Shown here: positions 24,497 to 36,224 of the stretch, one piece after another
Numbering within the stretch: position 1 is the first letter of the stretch
Layout: the number at the start of each line of letters is the position of its first letter
DNA from: Tubulanus polymorphus
Lineage: Eukaryota > Animalia > Nemertea
Direction of reading: 5' to 3'
DNA length: 64,000 nt
Assembly: GCF_964204645.1 (NCBI RefSeq)
Contig: NC_134034.1
Span: 7,042,914-7,106,913, forward strand
The notes under the pieces: model-generated
Database searches by the model: none
The model's input: the letters and a program-made list of their open reading frames with translations, nothing else
What the model was told of the DNA's origin: nothing
Program-made: the position numbers and the translations under genes

Positions 24497-26418
24497 GACG
24501 TCCCTTTGGTAAACGCGTATATGTGGATACTACGAAGTGTCTTCTTAACCGATTCTGGCTAGCTGACAAAGTCAGAAAAAAATGACGTCACTTGACGTCC
24601 GGTTTAGAGTTCATGGGGAAATCGGAAGTAGAATTACGTCAGCCTAAAATCCGGCAGCCCGTTAACTAAAATAAGGCAATTTATGGATCGGGTTATTTCA
24701 GAATTTATTTATTTCATGAAATTTCGAACAAGATTGGGTTGATGAATAGTTTAACAATGAACCGCGTTGATCGAACGAGTTCGAAAATAGCTGAAATCCC
24801 CTTAGCAACGGGAGCGAATTCATCATAATAAACAAACCACGCGCCGGCGCCCGGTTCAGCCATCGCAGGTTCGAATCCCGGAGAATTCTTCTTCTTCCGA
24901 TATCTGTCAACATCAACTGGTTGATGAAACACAGTGTATAGGTGTGCGCAAATAAATATATACAGACATTACTAATAAATTTAGTATTAATATAATAATA
25001 AAAATAATAATAATAATAATAGTGATAATAATAATCATAATTACGCTCTCGCGCGCGCGTGCGACAGTCAACCCCAGCCGCAGCGCTGAATTATGTAATC
25101 ATTTATGAGTCGCGTTGTCACGATTTGCTTAACATTTCGAACATTTCAAGGCATCGTGGCGGATCGGCGGCACGGTCTCGCTCCCGAGGAGCAGCGACAT
25201 CGCGGTCGGCAAAAACATTAGTCTCCGCCCCTTCTTTCACCAAATAAGGAATTCGGTACCGCTGGCCACGTGCACTATCAATTTTGAGCCGTAGATTCCC
25301 GGAAGATCAGAAACAAATAAATATTTTTCGCGAGAGAAATCAATTTTTGTATTGACATTTGAATTTTACTGCTGATAATTTATTCGATTTTTTTTCTGGC
25401 AGAAAAAAATTATGCGATTGATGCGTTTCAACGTGTCTTTCATTTTTTCTCGTCTTCCTTTACTCAAATGGAGCTAATTTCTAAATTAACACCAGGTCAA
25501 ATTCTTCATTCTTACAAACCGTCTCAGTTTCACCATAATGTCGGTTTTTCGGTACATTTCTGGTTTTACAAAGTGGTTTAAACCATTAAAAAATTCCTGA
25601 TACAATCTAAATCGAAATAGTAATCTTTTTAGCAGTGGTAAACCGACCTACCCCGGGTAGCCAAATAGACCAGTTTATATTTAGTTAAGAAATGGGTCAA
25701 GTTTTTTTCATAGAAAATTGAATTTCATTTGATCTACAGATCAAATTTTCATTTGATCTACAGATCAAATGAACAGGTTCGTCATAATTTTCCTAATCAA
25801 AATATAAGCCAAAATTTTTAATAACAGAAATTAATCGAACCTTAAAGTTGAAGTTTCATCTTCTTTCCCCCACCACTTAAATATATATGCCATTAGTTTT
25901 CATTTTTTCAAGCTTAACTATAAGAATTGATTTAATTTCTTCAATAATTTAATGCTCAGGGCCCAAATCTACAGAACAATTTCAATATCGAATAAAATTG
26001 ATAGACTTTAAGAGTTAGTAAGAGTTTCTTTCCAGTTTCATTGACAACAATTAATTTTCTCGGTGTTCCTTTAGGCTAAACAAAAATGATACCTTGTTTC
26101 TCCTCAGCGGCCGGGTCATTTTTGTAAAATATGATAAAATTTATAAACAGTTCATTTCTATAGCGGCCGGGTCTGTTATGGTAAAATTGATCACGATTTT
26201 AAAAAAAGTAATGTATAGGGTAGATAGGCAGCCGGCCGGGTCAACATTTAAGCTCAGCAGAGCGGAGAAACAAGGTATCAATTTTTTTAGCCTTAGTCAC
26301 TGACGCTATTTATAGTGTTTTTTGTTACACTCCATACGTGTGAATCTTAGTATGAAAAATTAAATCAAGCTGCAGTGACGAAGCGTCCGTCACTTCGATT
26401 TCATCTATTACATATTAG
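24497..26418. repeat. Copy 1 of a tandem 1.6-1.9 kb non-coding repeat (Helitron-like 3' hairpin)
   Basis: Colinear with 26441-26507 plus 43568-45082; both end AGTGACGAAGCGTCCGTCACT..ATCTATTACATATTA. Confidence 0.8.
26074..26292. mobile_element. Zator-like MITE (GG..CC termini, TTA TSD)
   Basis: TIR GGCTAAA..TGATACCTTGTTTCTCC; empty site CCTTTAGTCAC in repeat copy 2 at ~44930. Confidence 0.8.
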
Positions 26419-26507
26419 ACGGGCGCCGAAGGCGCCAGGAGGACGTCCCTTTGATAAACGCGTATATGTGGATTCTAGAAAGTGTCTTCTTAACCGATTC
26501 TGACTAG

Positions 26508-26997
26508 AGCTCAGACCACTATTCCAAAATCTTCTATATCCTATAGTAAAAACAAGAAATTCGAGAGTTTAGTTCACATATAAGCGCGTAAATTCAGGGG
26601 AAATCCTGCTTATGGCTCATAGGCCAGCATCTTAGCTACGCATTGAAGTGGTTTTCGCCCCACGTACCCAACCTAACTTTTGAAATAATCAAACCTTTAG
26701 AAAGGAGGGGTATCCCAGTACAGGTATGCCAGTACATCCGAGCCAAATATCTAAGGGAATCCCCCACCGTGTTTGGTACCCTTACTCCAAGCAAAAAAGT
26801 CCAGGGAATCCTTATTTCATCATCGATCTGTCTCTCAGGATCAATGGATTTCATACATATAACCGAAATTCGTTACCTATCCCATTTGCAGAAATTATGG
26901 CAACATTTATGGGGGACCTCTTCTTCACTCTAGGTACTATTTTTGGGGTCCGGCCCTACGCATCTTCGAGCTACTAACCTAATTGTGGTCTGATGCC
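26508..26997. repeat. 490-bp direct repeat, left copy (short internal TIRs TCAGACCAC/GTGGTCTGA)
   Basis: Near-identical to 43071-43562. Confidence 0.95.
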
Positions 26998-27658
26998 TGA
27001 CTAGTACCCAAACTTAAGAATAGCATTAGTTTTTGTACAGTTTTAGAAAGAGTGGAGACACCCTAGTTACAACGCAATACAATAGCTCTCGGCCAATTAC
27101 ACATGGAAATACATGCTAATGCACAAATCGCCATCGCAATACCATCTAAGTCAAACATTCATTTCAAAATATGAATAAAACAATTATACAACATTTTCTG
27201 AATACTTGATAGATTTTTTTCACTGATGGATATAAATATATGGCTATGGATAAAAATCAGAAACACAATCTTTAAGCATTTTTTGAAAAAAATGCCATTT
27301 TCATCATCGAATGGGCTGAAACCTTTAGATTTGGCGTTTTCTTGCGCTGAAGGCCTAATTCGAATGCACCCTACTGCGTCCACAGGCCTTCGGCCGGGAC
27401 GAATTTCATATACCAAGCGTAGTTGTCACCAGTACTAGTTAGGAAAAATATCACAACTGGCCTCTGACAATGTCCTTTCGGTTGCCATGGTTTCAACGAA
27501 AATATGCATTTCCCCTACCCCTTAAATTCCTGACAGTATCTGGCACCAAAAAGTCAGCCAAACTAGATAACTTAATCAAAGAAAGCTGAATTAATGTGAT
27601 TATTCTGCATGGGCAAGTGTAACGGATTCCGTGGACACGGTAACCAAAATAGCTTCTC

Positions 27659-30600
27659 TGTCACGCAGTACTAGCGTGTATTATGTAACGTGTTATATTT
27701 CACCGATCACAGTTTCACGGGTGATCAACCATGTATATTATTGTGTATATAAACCTTTTCCTGCAATAAAGTGGGTTTCAGTTTTTCGTTTGTATCTAGC
27801 TGTGTTGGAGTTATTTTTCTGCCTTTGGAGGATCTACAGTCCCAGGTCATTTTCCGTATGACATTTTGGTCCCTCGAGCCGAGGAAATAGAAACAGCAAG
27901 ATGGACGAAGAAGATAAGAAAAAATTATACAACACGAGGAAAGGACATCGGAGTCACCTAACGAAATTATTTACGAGAGGAAGAGACGCGGTATCTCAGG
28001 AGCAAAGCGTGCAAGGTATGTCCGTCGTATCGATGATAAAGGAAAAAAATTCAAATGATGACCGATTTAGATTCAAACTTATTAGAATTTTATTCGAAAG
28101 AAAAAGAAATTTGCGACTTTATCGCCGAGTCTGAAGATTATTTGTCGGAACGGAAAATTGATTTGTCAGTGTTGGAGCATTCCGTACAAGCTCTTACGAT
28201 TAATGTTCCTTCAAACCGTGATTTTACAACTCGTCCGAAAAGATTAACGCTCGAAAAATTAAAATTGCCGACATTCTCAGGAAACCTCCTAGAATGGAAG
28301 TCATTCTGGGACTTATTTTGCGCAACAGTTGACAAGCAGTCGGATCTCTCGGGTATCGAAAAATTTAGTCATTTGATTACTCATTTGACAGGAGAAGCCA
28401 AAGAATGTCTTGAGGGCCTCCCGTTAACCGATGTGAATTATTTCGTTGCAAAAAAGTTATTGTGCGACCGATTCGGGCAAGCTCATAAAATCGCTGAGGT
28501 CTATATGACATCCTTGTTGAGTTTACCGGCACCCCGCTATGATCTAAAATCGTTAAGGTCATTTTACGATAAGTTAGAGAAATACATCAGGAGTTTAGAT
28601 TCGATAGGGAAGCCTACTTCAAATTATGGCGCCATGTTAGTTCCGGTTCTGCGAACGAAATTACCATATGAAGTAAATTTGAGTATTTCTAAAGAGCATG
28701 GCAATAAAGACTGGGACCTCGACTCGTTGCGTACGGCTATAAAGAATGAAGTGTTAACTCTCGAGGCGTGTAACACTTTGAGTTGTTCGAATTCAACTCA
28801 AGCCAAAAGTTCAACCGTGACGTCGTTGATTTCGACCGTAGATCGCGTGAATTATAATAGACCGGTTAAACAACAACTACACCGTCCCAACAATTCGAAC
28901 CGCGGTAAATGCGCGTATTGTTATTCTTCAAATCATTACGCGAACCAGTGCGAGATCATAACTGACCCTGAAATTCGCTTCAGTATGATCAGAAATGCGA
29001 ATTTATGTTATAGTTGTTTAGGGAAACACCGTTCTCGAGATTGTGGTTCTCAACAGCGGTGTAAATCGTGCGGCGGCAAACATCATTCGAGTTTGTGCAG
29101 TGCTTCTTTTTTCAGGCGATCTCAACCTAAGGGTGTGCGTGCACATTTGGTCAGTTGTGAGCGTAGCGTTGATGGTACTGCGCCTACACCTCAGTTAGTA
29201 CCCGCGGCTCGCAATCCCACACCACAACAGCAGTCAACAATGAGTTTAATAAATGAATCCAATTCTTACGCAAAATCAGAAACGTCTATAGAAAATGTTA
29301 ACATTTCAGTAGCCGTTAATACGGTTCAAACGATTCCAGTTCATTTAAAAACTGCTGTTGGTAGGGTAACGGGACCCGAGGAACATACCTTCGCCAACAT
29401 CCTTTTCGATGATGGATCGCAAAGATCATTTGTTACGGAAGAGTTAGCAAATCTTCTAAAATTACAGATTATCAAAAATGCAGATTTGAATTTGTGTACT
29501 TTTGGGGCAACTTCGACTACGAACAGGAAGGTCGATATTGTAGAGATTAACATAATATGTACAGATGGATCTACTTTAAAAGTCGAAGCAATAGTTGTAC
29601 CGGCCATAACAAAACCATTACTTGTGCCTTCTGATATTGAAACAATTAATGAATTTAAAGGTCTTCAATTTGCACAACCCATACATTACGCTTCAGATCA
29701 CATCGACATTTCTGTATTAATCGGAAGTGATTATTACTACAATTTTATTGAGACTGAAGGCACAATACGGTCGAGCGATGGTCCAGTAGCGGTTCCAACT
29801 AAACTCGGTTATGTTATAACTGGGCCTAGGAAAAATGGTAATTCTAGTAATGTTAGCATGTTACATGTAGTATCGGAGCCTGATTCTTATAATCTTGGCC
29901 GATTCTGGTCGTTAGATATTTTAGGTATCGCGCCTCCAGTCGACGAAACTTCCAATTTTTTAGAGGAATATCTAAATAGTTCTATTTCTAAAGAAGGAGG
30001 TATCTATCAGGCAAAACTCCCGTGGAGAGTGGGTTATGGTCCTTTACCATCAAATTACTCGGTAGCATACGGCCGTACAAGATCACTCGCTCGGCGCCTG
30101 TTTCAATCTTCGTTGTTAGAGAGTTATGACGGGATAATCAAATATCAATTAGAACGCGACTTCATTGAGAAGGTGGCCTACCCTGATCCTATTGATGATT
30201 TAGGGAAAATTCATTATATTCCGCATCACGCTGTATTTCGAGAGTCTAGTACTACACCTATCCGCATAGTATTTGACTGTAGTTGTCGTTCTTCCAAAAA
30301 CTCATTAAGTTTGAATGATTGTTTGGAGTCAGGGCCTTGCCTTCTCAATGAACTCACTTCTATTCTCATACGATTTCGATTATTTGATTGCGCAGTAACC
30401 ACTGATATCGAAAAAGCGTTTTTGCACGTTGGTTTAGATAAATCGGATCGAGATTCTACGCTTTTTCTCTGGCTTAGTGATTCGAAAGACACTGAAAGTA
30501 CATTTGAGGTTTATCGCTTTAAGAGAGTCCTTTTCGGTGCGAAATGTTCGCCGTTTATGCTAAATAGTACAATTATATATCATCTTAGAAACAATTTCAA

Positions 30601-33171
30601 AGGTAAATTTACGAATAACCTTTTACGAGATATATATGTCGACAATATTAGTACAAGCGTAAACTCTGTGTCAGATGTAATTCAGTTCTATAAAGAAGCG
30701 AGATCACTCAAAGAAAATGCCAATTTCAATTTTCGATGCTGGGCATCGAATAGTTCGCAGCTACGTGAGCTTGCAAAACACGACGGTGTACTTGAACCTT
30801 CTCGTATTGTAAAGAATCTTGGTCTCATGTGGGACACTGATAGAGATTTGATCGCATATCCAAAGCACGCGGTAATAGACGAGTCTCCTATCACAAAACG
30901 TGTTATTTTGAAAAGGACCGCCAAAATATATGATCCTCTTGGGTTTTTGACTCCCGTAACTCTTCCATCAAAATTACTTCTTCAAGATTTATGGAAGCAG
31001 TCATACGGATGGGATGATTTGTTACCTAAGGATATTTGTTCTCAATGGTTCTCTATTAATGAAAACCTGTGCCGAGCTTTGGATATGACATTTCAGAGAA
31101 AGTATTTCTCAGATCCGAATTTGCGAACTACTGATTTAGAACTACACATATTTGGTGATAGTTCGACTCGCGCGTATGGAGCAGTGGCGTACCTTAAATC
31201 TGGTAGTCAGTCTAGTTTGATAATGTCAAAATCTCGTGTCGCTCCAGTTAAAGAATTGACCATCCCTAAGTTAGAATTGATGGCAGCTACGGTTGCAGCC
31301 AGGTTGTCTGATCACATTCAACGTTCAATTAATCCAACCATTGGTTCTAATTCGCCTATAAAATCCTTTCACTGGACTGACAGTCAGATTGTATTGGGTT
31401 GGTTAAATTCAGGAAAGAAACAGACACAATTTGTGAATAACCGGGTATCCGAGATTAGAAAATTAACTTCTTTAAACAGTTGGTTTTACTGTCCAGGTAA
31501 CGTTAACCCTGCAGACCTGTTAACTCGCGGTGTGCATTACAATGAGTTAACAGCTGATCTATGGTTAAAAGGGCCATCTTGGTTGACCAATGGGAGTCCT
31601 CTACCTGAACAGCCTAGCACAATTTCAATCAATTACGTAGTGGCTCAAAATTCCGATCCAATTCGTAAGAAGGAAAGTTCAATTTTTACTTTTCAATTGG
31701 GAGAAGTTATAGATTATAGTCAATTCACGTCATACTCAGAGTTGGTAAATGTCATGGCTCTGGCTTTACGCTTTATTCATAACCTTAAATCAATAAAAGA
31801 GGATCGAAATCACAGACCACTATCGTCATCAGAAATCGTGAATGCTGAAAAATTGATAATCAAATATTTTCAGTCCGCTTTGTGTGCCGAGATAATTCAG
31901 GACTTGACTAGTGGCACAAAGAGAAAGAAATTATCTGTAGTTAATCAACTACAATTATACATAGACGACGAGGGCATTATTAGGTGCAAAGGTCGTCTCC
32001 AGAATGCTGATATGAGTTTTGATTCTAAACACCCGATATTCGTACCAAAATCGTGTATGTTATCTAGTTTGATTATCAATGATGCTCATCTGCAGGTCAT
32101 GCATTTCGGTGTAAGTGCAACTGTGTGTAAGATACGAGAAAATTTTTGGATCCCTCAGATACGCCAAGCAGTCAAGTCTCAGGTCAGAAAATGCGTTACA
32201 TGTCGCAAAGTTTCTGGTAAACCCTTTACGTTACCAGATCCACCTCCACTTCCTGGGTATAGAGTTTCTAGATATCCACCGTTTTACTACTGTGGACTGG
32301 ATTATTGCGGACCATTCGTTTTAAACAATGGCAGCAATTGTTATATTGCATTATTCACATGCACTGTAACCAGAGCAGTCCATTGTGAGGTTGTAGTTAG
32401 TAACTCTACAGACGAATTTATAAGATGTTTCCGTAGGTTCACTGCTCGTCGCTCCGTGCCAAGGATGCTTATCTCTGATAATGCTAGTACCTTTATCGGA
32501 GCCAACTCCGAATTGAAGAAGATATTTGAAGCTTTGAGTTCAACGAATTTCCTTTCAAAGCGACGCATTGATTGGCATTTTATAACAAAAAGAAGCCCTT
32601 GGCACGGAGGATTCTACGAGCGATTAATCGGTTTGACAAAGTCTGCTCTGAAAAAGTGTTTAGGAAGGGCAAAAGTAACTCTAGATGAATTTTCGACATT
32701 AATCACAGAAATTGAGTGTACGATTAATGACAGACCCTTAGTCAGGGAAACATCAGATATCAATGACATTAATGTATTAACTCCATCTCATTTAGTTTGT
32801 GGAAGGAAAATTAATTCATTGCCTCATCCTGAGTTTGATATCAATGATCCTGATTATTCCAATTTGTCAGAATCCGAGTTGCAGAATCGATATAAATTCC
32901 TGGTTACACTTCAAGATAAATTTTGGGATAAGTGGCATAAAGAGTACCTGGTAAATTTGAGAGAATCTCATAAATCTGTTGGCGATAATTATCAAAATAT
33001 CAAACCGGGAATGCTAGTTTTAATACATGACGCACATGTTCCACGTTTACGATGGAAATTAGCTATAATTATTAAGATTTTGCGCGGGGAGGATGACCTC
33101 ATTCGGTCAGTAGAGTTAAAAACTGCCAATGGTTTCACTAACCGTCCAATTTCTAAACTAGTTTATCTAGA
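27659..33171 (+). mobile_element. BEL/Pao LTR retrotransposon with 5' LTR (27659-27863) and PBS; 3' UTR, PPT and 3' LTR missing
   Basis: 205-bp TGTCA..TGACA LTR with TATA and AATAAA; PBS TGGTCCCTCGAGCCG (tRNA-Tyr-like) at 27867; BEL polyprotein. Confidence 0.93.
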
Positions 33172-33592
33172 AGTAAATATTTGGATTTCGCGGGGGACAA
33201 GCAACTCCTGCGCAGCTGTGCTTGTCCCGCCTCCACCCAACTTAGGCCTCACACACGGCCCGTATCCTCTCGGGGCGCCCTCTATCTCTTCGTGCCTCTT
33301 CACCGTTGGTGGGTACGTCCGGGTCCGCTCGTCCTCCTCTTGGAGGCGAGTAATTCAGCTGGAATCCTCTGCCCGACAAAATGTCGGTAGCGTGACTCCG
33401 GCCTCTCCTCAGCTGACCGACCGGATTCCTCGTGTCCTAAAAGTTAGACTACTTGACTCTGACTCTCTTCCTCACTCCGATCAAGTCCACGATAACTCAA
33501 AGAAACGGCCCGATGCTAATTTTGAATTACTAACTAATATATATTTATTTGCAGCTATAACCGCCCGAAATCCGATGCGAGCCTCGAATTAA
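27901..33592 (+). CDS. BEL/Pao Gag-Pol polyprotein (one +1 frameshift in an A-run at ~28045; the last ~140 aa are read-through into the Gypsy LTR)
   Basis: DUF1759-type Gag (KLPTFSGNLLEWKSFWDLF), three Cys/His knuckles, protease LFDDGSQRSF, RT (DIEKAF, YVDN), Pao RNase H (FGDSS, WTDSQ, NPADLLTRG), integrase (GLDYCGP, SDNA, GGFYER), ending NRPISKLVYLEV. Confidence 0.93.
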
Positions 33593-34537
33593 TTTCCAAA
33601 CACTATTTACAATTACACAGTCGGTCATTCCGAACACGGTTACTATATACAAAAGGGCTCCCGCCCGGACAACGCGGAGTCCGGGACAAACACGGCGTCA
33701 GGGGAAACAACCATGTCCGCCGGGGACAACGCGGCGTCCGCCGGGGACAACGCCGACCCTGAACATCAATAACGGCAAATACTATTTACAACTAATTAGA
33801 GCGGTCCGGGTGCCCGCATGTGGACACGGGGACACGGACGGGCAGGTTCTTACATTATATATAATTACTGGTATGTGCAGTCAATACAAGAATTACGTAA
33901 CGTTTTCTGCGGCGCTTGCAAGCTTTAAGTTGCACGGACAGTCCGAGTGAACGGTTGTTCTTGAATCTCGCGCTCCGCGTTCCTTTTATAGCCCGCGATT
34001 GTCCCCGCCGCGCTCTCATTGGCTGGAACAAAAGCCCGGACACGCGTGATTGGTTACGCGTGCCACGTGACTTCGAGGTTGGCTGAGTTCCAGCGACAAT
34101 GAGAGCGGAGCCGGGCAACCGCACGCCAGCTGCAAAAGGTCACGGCGGACACGAGAGATACAAAGAATAGTTTAAAATATCATCACAAAGGTAATATTAT
34201 AATATACATGAGCGATAAATGTTCTTAAAGTAATAAATGAGTTGAAAGGGTTCGAACCCCGCACTCGGAAGATATAAGTAATAATTACAAATCCAATTCA
34301 ACCAGAAGGGTTAAAATGAATAAACGCGGACCCGGAACAACCGGTCGCGAAACATCGACCCAATTACAAAACACGGACATTTATAAAATGATACAACACG
34401 GTCTCGCCGAATAAATACAGTTAAAAGACATTAAACAGGATAATATATTATAAGATAGGAGCAGAGCGGTGAAATCCGGGAGAAGGTGATTTTAAATTTA
34501 GCGCCAATGTACGGCGAAATCCGCTAGTTTCGCTACA

Positions 34538-34551
34538 TCACCCCCTCCCAG
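34538..34551 (-). other. Gypsy polypurine tract
   Basis: Minus strand GGGAGGGGGTGA abuts the 3' LTR. Confidence 0.85.
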
Positions 34552-34576
34552 CTTTCACGCGCCCCGCGTGAAAAAT

Positions 34577-34797
34577 CGAATTTCTCGCGGACGGACAATC
34601 GTTCGACGTTTCGGCGATGACTGACGCTCATCGTAATATTCTAAATAGACGGACATTCGAATTACTCGCGGACGGACAATCGTTCGACGTTTCGGCGATG
34701 ACTGACGCTCATCGTAATATTCTAAATAGACGGACATTCGAATTACTCGCGGACGGACAATCATTCGACGTTTTGACGATGACTGACGCTCATCGTT
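34577..34797. repeat. 81-bp tandem repeat, about 2.7 copies, between ORF3 and the PPT
   Basis: Unit TCGAATT.CTCGCGGACGGACAATCGTTCGACGTTTCGGCGATGACTGACGCTCATCGTAATATTCTAAATAGACGGACAT. Confidence 0.95.
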
Positions 34798-36164
34798 CTT
34801 CCAGTACACACGCTATGCAGTCGATCGGCGCATCGTCGAACCCGAAAATAATCATGTCCCCTGTCTCGAGTGGATGGACGTGAACTTCCGAAAACGGCTG
34901 CAATGAACTTCGTGCTGGTGGCGTCCAGGAAATCCCCGAAGCGCGGGCCATCTTTTGGCAAAACGGGCATCGAACGGGCACTCCCGGAACTTCCCGGAAA
35001 GTAGCCGGGCGGCCATGGACGGTCGGGTGTACATGCGCGAGCACCCTTCTCGATTCTGGGTTGCATCTGTTCTCTTTCACCGGCCGCGGCTCGTCCGAAC
35101 TGAGTATCGCCGGCTGTATAGGGGCCGGGATATCGGCCTTCGGTATCGGCTTTTCGATCGTGGTCGGCAAGTATGTTGGGGTCTGGTTCCCCCACCAATC
35201 CTGAAATTTCGAGCCGAGTATCTCTGGCGAATACGCGGGTACGTTCTCCGGCTCTCTCGGTCCTTTCTCCAAACGCTGTACTTCTTCTCTCCGTTTCTCT
35301 TCCAGCCTCTTTCTCTCTGTCTCTCTCTTCTCCCTTGCCTCCTCTTCCACCCTCCTCCACTGTTCTACTGCCGCCTTGTGCGCCTCTTCCGATCTCTTCT
35401 TCTTTTCCAACTCATCTCTTTCCCTCGCGCGCCGACTAAGTTCCAGGCTCCTTTTTATCATAAGTTTTCTCCTTCTTCCATAACTTATTCTTTCGGCCAA
35501 ACTTCTTCCGGGTTTTGCAGACGCGATATCTCCTGGTTTGCCGACGTTCGAGCTGCCGTCAGGGGTGATTTCAACGGTTGTAGTGTCTGCCGCTGTCAAG
35601 TCGTCTTCTATTCTCTTGGTCCATTCTGTTCCATCTCCGGCTCCTCTCTCTTCGTTCGCTACGCTTTCCTCCTTCTCTTTGCTTTCAGTCTCTCCTTCTT
35701 TTTCTCTCTCTTCTATCTTCTTATTCTGTGTCGTCGCACCTTCACCCTTCCTCTTCTCTTTCTGCTTAATCTCGGTCGTTACACCTTCTTCCTTCCTCTC
35801 TTCTTTCTTCTTAATCTCTGCTGTTACACCTTCTTCCTTCCTCTCTACCTTTTTCTTCCTTCTCTTCTCTTCACGCACCGCACCTGTCAACTCCACCTTT
35901 CTCTTGTCCCCTGCGCACTCAATGCTGATCTCAGGCGGCTGGTCCCACCCCTCCTCCACGATCTTTATTACGCACTGAGAAGTGCCATGGTGACGTCTGG
36001 CGTGGCGTCGTAGTGTGTCACCCCGGTCACTGATTCTGCCGCACTTCTTACATTCGTATTTTACGCCCTCGTGCGTCACCGCTTCGCATTTAGTTTCATG
36101 GCGCTTCAGGTTCTCCACTGAACGGAAATGGTCCCGACAACCACGACATTTGAAATTTGACGAC
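34790..36164 (-). CDS. Gypsy accessory ORF3 (exon 2): N-terminal C2HC and C2H2 zinc fingers, E/K-rich coiled coil, two C-terminal HVHP..CxxC motifs; not env
   Basis: Open frame FKCRGCRDHFRSVENLKRHETKC..YECKKCGRISDRGDTLRRHARRHH; preceded by acceptor ttcttttatttttag|G; no in-frame ATG before the fingers. Confidence 0.8.
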
Positions 36165-36224
36165 CTAAAAATAAAAGAACAAAGAGCGATTGATTACTTT
36201 GCTGTTTTAAACAGTAGACAACGC

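Larger units (their letters stand above)
27618..34537 (-). repeat. Gypsy 3' LTR split by a BEL insertion (27618-27658 plus ~33172-34537)
   Basis: The two pieces joined match 41374-42786 apart from about 7 substitutions and a few small indels. Confidence 0.95.

Noticed and set aside
26636-26977. ORFs in the 490-bp repeat
   Set aside because: Frames differ between the two copies and there is no recognisable domain.
34955-36013. Long antisense ORFs over the Gypsy genes (352 aa here, others at 37-41 kb)
   Set aside because: Shadows of biased or GC-rich sense coding; low-complexity F/L/S content and no motifs.
34790-36164. ORF3 as a retroviral env
   Set aside because: No signal peptide, fusion peptide or TM anchor.
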